64,000 nucleotides of DNA. Source: Lobosporangium transversale. Its lineage: Eukaryota. Position numbers and translations under genes: made by a program. The stretch is from NCBI RefSeq assembly GCF_002105155.1, contig NW_019029001.1, positions 248,001-312,000 of the forward strand. The letters are read 5' to 3'. Each line of letters starts with the position of its first letter. Within the stretch, counting starts at the first letter, position 1. This document shows, piece after piece, positions 52,837-64,000 of this stretch. Under the pieces are notes generated by a model. It made no database searches, was not told the DNA's origin, and worked only from the letters and a program-made list of their open reading frames with translations.

Positions 52837-54468
52837 CACTATCATGCAAAACTGATTCAATAATTCATTCCCATGTGCATTTCTTTTTTTCATTCCTAGA
52901 AACCGTATATGCATACACCACTCATACTTTGGTTTAATAAAGCTCCCGTCTTCTTCTACGTCATAGTGATGCGTTGTGACATTAGCTTGTCTCATTTGAA
53001 TAGCTAATGACTTTTTTGTTCATGCAGGTCATTGAATCAGTTTCACATGTGCTCATTCGGTGGCCAAAGATCTTTATTCTTTTGTGAGGCATAACCTTAC
53101 ATCAATAGATAGTATTCCAACCATGGGCATCACTGACAGCTTGGAGTCTCTTATGGATACCTATGATGAGTTTGCGGCAGAAGCCCACTGGGATCCTGTA
53201 CCATTCAACCGATATTCGCTCCCATAGTTCATCACAGCTCTTAGCTCGCTCCGGATACCTAGAGAGCCGCCTATCCAATTCTGCCCACATGTGTTCAATA
53301 GGGTTGAGGTCAGGGGATTGTGCTGGCCACTCTAGAAGTGTACCTTCCTCTTCTGTCAGATGTACTGACTCCAAATACTTCCTAACAATCTTCGCCGTGT
53401 GCTTCGAGTCATTGTCGTGCTGAAAGACGATATCGCTTTTAGTTAGGCCCCAGTCATCAAGCGACATCTGTAGATCCTCCTGCAGTAGTTTGATGTAAAG
53501 TTGTGCGTCCATACTATTGTCAATCTTTGCAATGTATCCAGGTCCGTACCATGAGAAGCATGACCACACTTTAACATTACCACCCCCAAACTTGACAGTG
53601 CCTTGCACCGACCTGCGAGTGAGGCGTCCCGGATTGTCGTCCCAGATCCACTGCACGCCATCAGAGCAGATTCGGTTTATTTTCGATTCATCTGACCAAA
53701 TAACCTTTTTCCAATCTTCCAGAGTCCATTCCTTATACTTTTTGATAAAATGCAAACGAGCTTTAATATGCCGTCGACGTAAAGCTGGCTTATGTACACG
53801 CCTCTTTGCTGTCAATCCTAACTCCTTGAGCCGTCGTCTAACGGTGGTCTCAGAAACAGCCGCTGGTATGAGCTGGTTGGCTCTGACGGTGGCCTCAACT
53901 GCAGACTTGAGTGTACCTCGTTTCATGTTCACCTTAAGATACTGCATGATACCTCTAGGTACTTTCCTTGGTCGACCGCCTTTATTGACTGGCATGTACT
54001 CCTTATTATGTGCATAGATCCTGGTGGCCGTCGCTATTGATATACCAACACTAGCAGCAGTTTCTCTAGTAGACATGCCTCCCATCATTAACCTCCTGGC
54101 TTCGTTGACTTTCCTTTGTGGAGTGGGTCTCATATTCTGTGAAGGTATAGTTAAGAGAGAGTTAAGCAAGTGTTCATAAAGGAAAGAGAGAAAAGTCCTT
54201 TTTTTACTGGCATTAAATGACGTCCAAAAGTTGTCATGGGCAACATTTTAGACCACATGTGAAACTGATTCAATGACCTGCATGAACAAAAAAGTCATTA
54301 GCTATTCAAATGAGACAAGCTAATGTCACAACGCATCACTATGACGTAGAAGAAGACGGGAGCTTTATTAAACCAAAGTATGAGTGGTGTATGCATATAC
54401 GGTTTCTAGGAATGAAAAAAAGAAATGCACATGGGAATGAATTATTGAATCAGTTTTGCATGATAGTG
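52837..54468 (-). mobile_element. Tc1/mariner DNA transposon with 215-bp TIRs
   Basis: TIRs 52837-53051 and 54254-54468 appear identical; TA TSD at 52835-36 and 54469-70. Confidence 0.95.
53102..54133 (-). CDS. Tc1-family transposase, intact
   Basis: HTH region, GRPRK, WSDESK, FQHDNDSKH, WPAQSPDLNPIEH. Confidence 0.93.
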   Translation of the reverse strand: MRPTPQRKVNEARRLMMGGMSTRETAASVGISIATATRIYAHNKEYMPVNKGGRPRKVPRGIMQYLKVNMKRGTLKSAVEATVRANQLIPAAVSETTVRRRLKELGLTAKRRVHKPALRRRHIKARLHFIKKYKEWTLEDWKKVIWSDESKINRICSDGVQWIWDDNPGRLTRRSVQGTVKFGGGNVKVWSCFSWYGPGYIAKIDNSMDAQLYIKLLQEDLQMSLDDWGLTKSDIVFQHDNDSKHTAKIVRKYLESVHLTEEEGTLLEWPAQSPDLNPIEHMWAELDRRLSRYPERAKSCDELWERISVEWYRIPVGFCRKLIIGIHKRLQAVSDAHGWNTIY

Positions 54469-54767
54469 TATGATCACAAAGTTTGACGGAGTCCAAAGTA
54501 GAAATTTCAGACCAATCCCGCAAGATTTGGGTCTACATGCTAGTGGATTTGATCGAATAAAAAAATTAAAGTCGTCCTTAGCTAGAGTCGGCACGCCAGC
54601 CTCCGCGGCTTTTCACGGGCGCAACAGGCCACATCGGAAAGATGGACTTCGAGTACTGACCACGGTATACATTGGTGGAGAAATCATGGATACGAATTGG
54701 CTCTTCACAACCATACCGTGGGAACTTTGAGAGTTTCGCGTGTTTCATAGTTGAGGCGAAAGTGAAA

Positions 54768-57700
54768 TGTTTTATGGTAAATCGGAAGTCAAGGAGATCA
54801 AAAGGTTTATTATTTTAGCTAGGTCGGAGCCTTATATAGGCTCCAACATAGCCGTCACTAATTGCTCTGATCTATGAATAAAAAGGGGAGTGCTCCATTT
54901 GGGTACACTCCCTAGCCTCAGGACGTAACAACTCCCCCCCAGATTTTATGTAGGGTTTTTGGCGTCTTGTCTAAAGGCCTTGAGGAAAAATAAGAAAAAC
55001 CTCTTGTTGTTGAAAGGTAGGAGGAAAAAAAATAAACCTCTTGAGGACAAAAATTTAAACCTCACGTGAGACTTCACAGTGTCTATTCTTAAAACTTGTT
55101 TTGATATTTCTTTTCTGTGATTAGAGAGAGACTTTATCTCAAAAAGTAATGTCAGCAAATGGATCATGGAAATATAACAGCCATTGGATCAGGATGTGTC
55201 ATACAGGAGATGTGGGTAGTAATTATTCAGCATGTCAAAAATGTAGAAATCTCATTGGTCCTTTGTCAAACAGGGATCACAAAAAGATCACGCCATCCAC
55301 TTCCCCCCAGAAGGACGAATGAGGATTCACGAAGCAACTGAAGAAGATTAAGGTCAAAAGGAATGAAGATTGGAAACTTCAAACGCTCACTCATTCCTTC
55401 ATTCCTCAGTATTCACTTTTGCTACTCAAACACCTTCTTGCAGGGACACATACTCATTACTTACTTTCCTTATAACAGCCATCAGCAGACAATTATCAAT
55501 ATGCCTTCTAACAATTCTCCCTCTTCCCCCCTGTCTGACTCTTCAACTCTACATGAGTATGAGGACTATGAATTTATCCCTACGGAGCTTTCAACAGCTC
55601 CGTCTTCACTCATATTAACAGAGACTGCAGACGTGGAGAATCGCAGTAACTTCGAAGGAGATACTGAGGAAGAGAGCAGCTATGACGCTGAGGACGACGA
55701 GGATTATGAGGGTGAGGAGGATCTGTGGGATAGTGACGAGGAGACTCGTGCCTGGAAAAAGGCACACTATCAGTTTTACCACCCAGAGGCACGGAGCCGA
55801 TCAGCCTCTCTGGAAATCCCAGGACCTCGTCCTATCAGGAAGCGAAAGGAGCCCTCTGGTGATGAAGAGTCATCAGGCAGCGAAAGCAGTGAAGCAGAAT
55901 TGTCAAGCTGTGGAGTGTGCACGACTCTTGGGAAGAGAAGACGTTTGATGGCGGAGAGTGGCGATGATTCCGCGAAGAGCCGCCTCCAAAGAGAATTCGC
56001 ATGGGCTAAGAGGTATGAACGCCTCTACAAGAAGTATACTAAGTTGCGCAAGCAATCAGAGAAGTATAAGACTATGCGCATACGGGTAGAGAAAGTTGTA
56101 GATTCTCTTAACTCTCAGTTGCCATCACATCCAGTTGCTAGTTGCAAATGCTGCAAGGGAAAGAATAAAGTTGATAGTTGCTAAATTGAAATTTATTGAC
56201 TGTTGCGTTGCAAAAAAAAAAAAAAATATTGAAATGAGGACGAGTGTGTGCTCTCTTTTCTTCATACTGGAGAAAACTTATTTGTACAAAAACTCCAGTT
56301 ATCTCAACCCTACTAATATAACAGCTCTCTGCACTTTACAGCTTTGCCGCTACATGACGCTTGTGCCGTTTGGTCTGGTTATGGGTGAGTTGTCTCTGCT
56401 TCCTCTTAAGAAGTCTTGTTGACTCTGATGCGTTATTCTTTTGCTGCTTCTTCCTCTTTCTGTCATTAATATGAGGATTTTGCTGTCTTAGGTTCTTCCA
56501 ATATTGACGAATGATGATGTCCGAGTCAAAATTCTCATAGGGAATTTGCTCGTTGTATGAGGAATCATAGCCCTTCCACTTTACAGTATACATCATTCCT
56601 TTTCCCGTGAGTTCGTGGTCAACGATAGACTCTATTTCATACGACTCTTCACTGGGAGCATCAAGAGCTTGAGTGACCATTTTGAGCTGGCTCGGAGCAT
56701 AATTACGAGCCAATTTCTGGTTGGTAGCGTCTAGCAGAGTGTAGGCACCATTTTCGGTACGAGCCACTACTTTGTATGGGCCTTGGTATTTAGGTGCTAA
56801 TTTACCATTGGGCAATTCTTCCTTCGCCATGACAAACGCTCCAGGTGGGAACTGAAGGATTTTGTGTGTCCTGTTGAATTTCTCCACCATTCTTTTTTGC
56901 GTGTCAGAACTCTTATCATCGATAGCAGGGAAAACTAACGCGGTGAGATATTCCAATCTGTTCTGTAATTCTTCTTCAGACAGGAGATGTGACTCGGCTG
57001 AGGAAAAATCCGTTAGTCCTGCAAATGAGCGTCCATAGAATAATGAGAATGGCGTTGAATGATGTAGACTCGCGACTCTAGTATTCATTTGGAGCTGAAC
57101 CATTGGAAGATGGATGTCCCAATCATTCTGTATGCCTTCGAGTTGTTTTCTGAGGATGTCCTTAAATGTGCGGACAAACCTCTCCGCTACACCATTCGAG
57201 CGTGGATGATATGGCGTGGAGAGTCTATGCTCTATTTGCAACTTTTGCGTTATGAGACGTGACACTCCATTGACGAATTCAGTGCCATTATCAGTTTGGA
57301 TAATTTTAGGGAATCCAATAGAGCAGAATAGCTTGAAGAGGGTGCTGGCCACCGTAATGGCTTCCTTATCAGGCAGAGGCTCCAGGAATACAAATCTTGT
57401 GCAGATGTCAACCACTACTAAAGCGTAGTTATTACCCCTGGAACTGGTTTCAAATGAGGCTAAATCGAATGCTATGTGTTCCCCTGGGAGTCTGGCATGT
57501 ATGGCAGTTAAAGGATGATACCCCTTTCTAGCTATGTTGAATCTTTGGCATGGTCCGCATTGGCTAACCCATTTGAGACAATCATCTCTCAATTTAGGCC
57601 AAGTAAAGCCTTTAGCATGGATAGCAGTAACCATGGCATTTCCTCCAGGATGACCGAATCCGTGTGCTAGGCGAAGATGCTGAAGCTTTTCTTCAGGATC

Positions 57701-60700
57701 TTGGATGATTTTTCTAGAAGCATCCTCCAACTGAAGTTGATGAGAGTAAGGAGCAGTTATATCAATAACCTGTAGAGTGGAAGGCAGCTGCTGCGAATTA
57801 GATGACTGTGGAGCTGCCTGAACATTCTCGGTAGTCTCTGTTCCTCGCCTCATAGAAGCAATCTGCCGACTCGTAGAACATGTAGCTTGTTCTTCTTTAG
57901 GAGACTTCCACAATTCCTCAGGAAATGCGCGAGATAATGCGTCTGGAATAATGTTCAGCAGGCCTGGACGATAAATACATTCAAAATCATAGTTGAGCAG
58001 AGTGGCCTTCCAATTCAGGATTATTTGTGGCAACTCCTTCTGTTCATGAATGTACGTCAGAGGTCTGTGATCAGTATATAATGTAAATCTTCTTCCCCAA
58101 AGGTAATGGTGAAATTTCATTAGTGCAAAAATAATTGCTAAGAGTTCCTTCTTGTAAGCTGGGTAATTTTTCTCATGCTTATGCAATGCTCTGGCTTGAA
58201 AGGATATGTAGTTGACCTTGGTTTCATCTTCCTTGCCACCCGGTAGCTGATATAGGACAGCTCCTATGCCTACGTTAGAGGCATCTGTGGCTACAAAGAA
58301 TTGCTGAGTAAAATCAGGGAACGATAAGGCTGGAGCTTGGGCTATAAGCGATCTGATGCTGTTAAAGCTTCGCATTTGCTCCTTATTAAGATCAAAAGTG
58401 CCTTTGGCATTGCGCAGGGCATCTAGAGGTGCTGTGAGCGAGCTGTACAAGGGTATATACTCCCTAAAATAATTGAAGAGGCCTAAATAGCGTTGAACCA
58501 TCTTCTTATTGGTAGGTGGTGTCCATGAATGCACATTAGCAACCTTGTTGATATCTATTTTGCGTCCTTCTTTGTTGATTATGAACCCCAGTAGTAGCAC
58601 TTCTGTACTAAGGAATTTACTCTTTTCTCTATTGATTATCAACTTTGCAGCTGTAAGCCTTTCTATGACAATGCTGACATGAAGAATATGATCCTCTGCT
58701 GTGTGCGAATAGACAATAATGTCATCCACATAATTGTCAGCAAAGTGCAGATCATCTAAGAGTTGTGACATTCCTCTTTGGAAGATACTCGTGAGGGGTT
58801 TTAAACCAAAAGGTGCTCTAGCAAACATATTGCTTACCACCGTACGTAAATGCAGTTAGTGGTTGGCTTGATTTCTCTACAGGCATGCGATGATACGCCT
58901 GAGACAGATCAATTGTGGTGAAATACAGATGCCCTGCTACCCTCTGCTGGATATCAGTGATTAATGGTAGAGGGAAGACATCAGTATCCTCTAGTTGACG
59001 ATTCAACGTTCTTGGATCAAGGCATACTCTATATTTCAGAATATTACCATCCAGGTCACGGCGTGCTGCCATTGTCAGGGAGTTATTATACGGACACCCC
59101 TTAGGTGCTGGAACGATAGCACCCGTTTCTTGCCACTTCTGGATGGTCTTTTCCACTTCTTCTTTTTCAATTTGCGAATGGAATGGGCGAGATCTTTCCT
59201 GGATGATACAGGTGGGTTTAACCTTTAGCTGGACCTTCATTGTATCAAGATTGCAAAATGAATTTGGCGAGATGGCTTCATTCGCATGTAAATAAGGCTC
59301 CAGCGCTAACAGGAACTTTTCTTTCAATGCTTTGAATTCAGCATTGTTTTCTCTTTCTGGAGTTTGTGACGGAATGACTTGAGGTTTTTCATCATATGGG
59401 ACCCATAGGGATTCCTCCTCTCGTATCTCCGGCATGGCTATTCCCATGATGGAAAAGCCGAGTCTAGCGAAGAGATCCATTCCCAACACGAAGTCATAAT
59501 ACTCAATGTCCATGACCGACAATTGATATTCTCCAGATCTATTGTTGCAGACCAATTGGACTTTATCACAAGTAATGACATTATCCGTGCTAGTCCCTTT
59601 TTCTATCATTGCTATAGATTCTCCTGGTACTCGACCATAGCGAATACCTTGCTCTATGGCTACTTCCTTACTCAGCAAAGAAGTTGTGGCGCCTGGATCT
59701 AACAATGCTGTATATTGTTGCCCGTTTATAAATATAGGCACAGCTATTCTATTATCACCAGGAGCGGGACCTTTGAAAGCCCCTAGGTGCTTGATACAAG
59801 CTTTCTCAACAATTGAGTACGAGGAAAAGAAGGATTCTTTATTCGGAATTATGTCTCTTATGAGCGCACTATCACTAATCCTCTTAAAAGCACTGACTGA
59901 GGCAAGCGGCTTGCGCACATCAGTTCTCTTGACGTCCTTGGGCTTATCCTTAGAATGATCTCTGACTTGATCCTTAGCATAGCGACAGTCCTCCGGGGCA
60001 TGTTTGTACGGATTCGACCTACACTTCTCCGTTCCCTTACACCAGACCTTGAATGGTTTAGCCTTCTTGGCTTCTCTATCACTTGACGGATTGGCATTAG
60101 GTCGAGATCTTTTATGACTAGATCTCGGAACCTCTCTAGGAGTGTATTCCGATCTGGACTTGATGGATCGCAAATACTGTTCTCCAGCGTCTCCTCCATA
60201 CTTCTGGATAAACCAATGGGCGTCATCGGTTCGTTTCTCACCTAAGGCACCTGGTGTCTTTTCTAGGAACTCTAGAAACTCCTTCAAAGAGCTAACACTT
60301 TTCACTGAGCCGAATTCCTTGATGACAGCCTGAAATCCTACGTCGGACAGATGATTGCATAAAGCTTTGATGAGCATATAGCAGCCATCATCTGGGATTC
60401 CAGCTGCCTCAACCAGAGGTAGCAATCGTTGCGCGAACGACCTAATAGTGTCATTCTTCTCAGGCCTCATAACTAGCGCCATATCAGCGATGTAAGCCCC
60501 TAGAATGTCAAACTTTAGAGCTTTATTCAAGCATGTAACTGCCCGAGACCAGGTCCTGTCTTGAAGAGGCACTTTCTTGATGAGATCGTCATAGTCTCGC
60601 GCCAGGCCGGACACTTTGGAAACGCAGAGGGATAAGTAATCCCATGCTAGTTTGTCGAAAAGAACATCAGAAAGGTTACGACGGAATATCCTCTCAAAGT

Positions 60701-61389
60701 CATCACGGAAAGTGACAACCCTGATTGCTATTTCCTTGACCATATTCTTGCCGGGAACCTTGGACACGTCTAAATCAAGCATAGGCGCATCCGCAAACGT
60801 TTTCTTCTTGACCTTGGTATAGTCTACCTCTTCTGAATCTTCCATCAAAGGAATGTTCTCTTCTTTGAAGATTCGATGAAGTGCGTCATGTTCGGGATTA
60901 GCAGGATCCCATTTCACCGTTATACGGTGACTATCTGCTTCAGACACACTCGATCTATCAATCGAAATGTCCTCGCTTGAAGATAAGCCATTTCTGACCT
61001 CCTCCATATGTTCAATAGAACTATTCAAGTCTTCAGTTTGTCTTACTAAGACCTTCAAGATGTCTGCCTTCTGTTGAGCGAGATCGCCTAAGGCCTTGGT
61101 AAGTGTCTTTTCATCAACGTCAATTTTTCTTAACTTTGATTTGGCATCATTGTACCTAAGGAACAGCAATGCCTTCTTTCTGAGTGTCTCCTCCTTCTGA
61201 AGTCTATAACTTCGAAGAAGCATCGTAACATTCTCGATATCGGGAACAGCATCACTGCCGAACTCGACTACACTCTCCGTCGTATCTACGACCAGGCTAG
61301 CCACCAATAAGTTCAACTGCTCGACAGGTGTCAAGCCTGAGCCATTCTCTGGTGAAGAGATTTCCATATCAACATCTTCGTTAATTGGT
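54768..61389 (-). mobile_element. Chromodomain Ty3/gypsy retrotransposon; 3' LTR about 54768-54930; gag interrupted at 61389 by another element
   Basis: ORFs 58818-61389 (gag, protease LLDPGAT, RT start) and 56336-58840 (YVDD, RNase H, integrase, chromodomain YEIESIVDH..VKWKGY). PPT gggggggagt is followed by TGTTA at 54930. One frameshift inside RT. The LTR end at 54768 is tentative. Confidence 0.9.
55501..56184 (+). CDS. Antisense accessory ORF (227 aa) between pol and the 3' LTR
   Basis: Open frame with an acidic N-half, a basic RKRK patch, CGVC and CKCC motifs and a likely coiled coil; lies inside the element, before the PPT. Confidence 0.6.
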   Translation: MPSNNSPSSPLSDSSTLHEYEDYEFIPTELSTAPSSLILTETADVENRSNFEGDTEEESSYDAEDDEDYEGEEDLWDSDEETRAWKKAHYQFYHPEARSRSASLEIPGPRPIRKRKEPSGDEESSGSESSEAELSSCGVCTTLGKRRRLMAESGDDSAKSRLQREFAWAKRYERLYKKYTKLRKQSEKYKTMRIRVEKVVDSLNSQLPSHPVASCKCCKGKNKVDSC

Positions 61390-64000
61390 TGCAAAAGTCA
61401 AGGTAGTGTTCTAGGGGGATCTAAGGGTGCAATAAAGGTATCTTTATTCAGGGGGAACTATGCTACAGAACTAGATAGAAAAGTAGACCTATTTATACTA
61501 GTTAATATCCTGTTGCAAGGAATGCTCTAGAAATATGGGCGAAATACTATGTTGCACAAAATTATTATAGTGATTTCGCTTGCATCCTTCCCGTCATGAA
61601 GAAACCTATTATCTTGTTTTTCTTGAAGCCTCAAAGACGGCAAGCGCCTCTTTAGCGTTTGCGAGCGAAGATTTTGTTTCCCAAGTGGCTTCATCTAATG
61701 GATAGCCTTTCCAAAGAACGAGCCACTTAGGAGTTTTGCCAAACATTTTGAAGTCAATGATTTTGTCGACTTCATACTCCTCTTCTCCATCTACCAGCTC
61801 GGGGGCAGGGCGTGGTGGTGAGCGGTCGCCGAATTCACGAGGTGACTCAATATAGGGGCGAAGCAGATCGGCATTAAAGACTGGATGCTGATGCATGTCA
61901 GGCGGTAGTTCCAGCTTGTAGGCATTTTCATTGACCTTCGAAATGATCTTGTAAGGGCCTATGTACTCAGGTTCCAGTTTCTGCGACGGTCTATTTTTAT
62001 GTCCCGCGACAGAGATGTTTTCCGAGCTTAAGAGCACCATGTCACCCACAGCAAACGTAGCAGGCCTGCGAGTTTTGTCCGCTTGGGCCTTTTGCCTATT
62101 CTGCGCTTCGATAATGGCATCCTGAGCTAGCGCCAAATTCATCGACTGGGTTCGAACAAAATCACTGACAGCCGGAACATTGGTATCAGGTGGCTTTAAA
62201 AGAGATCCAGGGACTAGTGGATGGTGACCATAGTTCAGAAAGAATGGGGAGAAGCCTGTCGTAGGATTGACAGAGTTGTTGTATGCGAACTCCATCATAG
62301 GCAGTAAAAGATCCCAGTCGTTTTGCTTGTACGATATGTAAGAGCGGAGCATTTCTTCTAATGTTCTGTTGGCGCGCTCTGTTTGTCCGTCTGATTGTGG
62401 ATGGAAGGCAGTAGACATGTTAAGTTTGGTGCCCATGAGCTTCATCAACGTTGTCCAGAACTTGCCGGTGAAACGTGAATCTCTGTCTGACACAATTGTC
62501 CGAGGCATGCCGTGCAGTCTAAAAACATTGTCGAAAAAGAGTCGTGCAACATCAGAGGCAGTGTCGGTAGTTCGGCTAGCGCAGAAATGAACTTGCTTGG
62601 ACAGTTTGTCCACAAAGACCGTAATCGCGTCAAAACCTCTGGCTGTCTTCGGAAGCTTGACAATGAAGTCCATTGTTACAGTATCCCATCGTTGGCTTGG
62701 AATTGCCAAAGGTTGGAAAAGCCCTGCAGGAGGCTTTAGTGAAGGCTTGTTACGCTGGCATTGCTCACAGGAAGCAATGTATTTTTTTATATCCCTCGCC
62801 ATGCGTGGCCAAAAATATGTTCGTCGCATGCTACTGTACGTTTTATCGAATCCCAAGTGGCCTGATATAGGAGCGTCGTGAGCGTCATGCAAGAGTTGTG
62901 AACGGAGTCCGTCGTCCTTGGGTATGCAGAGGCGAGGGCCTTGTCCAGCGTTGATCCAGAGTAGACCATCCACCACGAAGTAACGATCCGAGGTAGAGGC
63001 ATCCTTATACTGATGCACGAGGGGACCTAGAATTGGATCGTGTAGGTAGCAACTGGCTAGTTGTTTTCGAATGCCAGGGTCTAGATTGATATCCAAGGAG
63101 TTCAAAGTAGTAGGTGTAGCCTCCAAGTCCTTGAGGTCCGGTCTTCGTGAAAGAGCATCAGGGACGACGTTATCTTTACCAGGTTTATACTTGAATACGA
63201 AATCATACTCTTGAAGCAACTCCATCCATCTTGCTTGTCTGCGAGTCAAGTTCGGCTGGCTAGGAAAATGTTGTAGAGTGGCATGGTCGGTATAAACGAC
63301 AAAGTGAGAACCATCAAGGTAGTATCGCCATGTCTTCAGAGCATGCACCACAGCCAGCAGTTCTTGTTCGTGTGTAGGATAGTTGCGTTCCGCTGGGTTG
63401 AGCTTGCGTGAAGTAAAAGCTACTGGTCGTGATTCACCATTTTGGTCCGTCTGGAACAGGACAGCACCAGTTGCAAAGCCTGAAGCGTCTGTTTCGACTG
63501 CTGTAGAGAGGGCAGGATCGAATATCCTAAGAACTGGTGCTGAGCTCACTGCTCTTTTCAAAGTCTCAAAGGCGTCTTGTTGAGATTTTCCCCAGTGGAA
63601 TTCCTTATTGCAGCCTAACAATTGTGTGAGGGGAAGAGCAATATCAGCGTAATGAGAAATGTACTGATGGTAAAAATTAGTCAAACCAAGGAATTGCATC
63701 ACATGTCGTTGGGTTGTTGGTACTGGCCATTCCCTTATTGCCTTGACAAGTCCGCCATTCGTCTTGAGTCCATCCTTGGATATGACATGGCCTAGGAACT
63801 CAGTCTCTTCCTGCATGAAGGAACACTTGGATAATTTACAATAAAGCCCAGCTTGACGCAAGAGGGAGAGTACTTGTCGGATGTGCTCTAAGTGATCTTT
63901 CTCGTTATCGGAGTAAATTAAAATATCATCGAGATACACAACAACACATTTATCAAGAAGTGGATCAAGTACGTTACGCATCATAGTCGAGAACGCTGCT
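61390..64000 (-). mobile_element. Second chromovirus (3' part): pol 61609 to beyond 64000, 3' LTR 61390-61584
   Basis: YLDD, TDAS, integrase and chromodomain YEVDKII..VLWKGY..ATWE; PPT gacgggaagga, then a 195-bp LTR TGCAA...TTGCA with TATAAA and AATAAA. Confidence 0.92.

Noticed and set aside
58818..58840. Programmed gag-pol frameshift
   Set aside because: The break is inside the RT domain (KQY/MFARAPFGL) with no slippery site; more likely a mutation or sequencing error.

Overview
Eukaryotic, intron-rich fungal DNA; gene style and long poly-A/T intron tracts suggest an early-diverging fungus, probably Mortierellaceae (inference). The left part holds housekeeping genes: peroxisomal ABCD/PXA2-like transporter, Gemin5-like WD40 protein, adenylate kinase, a bHLH factor, a calmodulin-like protein, Asterix and IPI1/TEX10. 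The right 25 kb is a transposon nest: MITEs, a solo LTR, a Crypton tyrosine recombinase, tRNA-Val(AAC) with a Ty3/gypsy element 16 bp upstream, a long-TIR Tc1 element and two nested chromoviruses. The standout is 13981-28002. It holds two copies of an element encoding a roughly 1230 aa spliced fusion of an XPG/FEN1-type 5' nuclease domain to a Fanzor/TnpB-type RuvC + zinc-finger nuclease. Each fusion gene sits head-to-head with a decayed second Fanzor-like paralog. Both ends of each element carry an outward-facing, conserved, structured non-coding unit that resembles an omegaRNA scaffold and contains a spliceosomal intron in all four copies. All copies carry disablements as sequenced, so activity is not shown.
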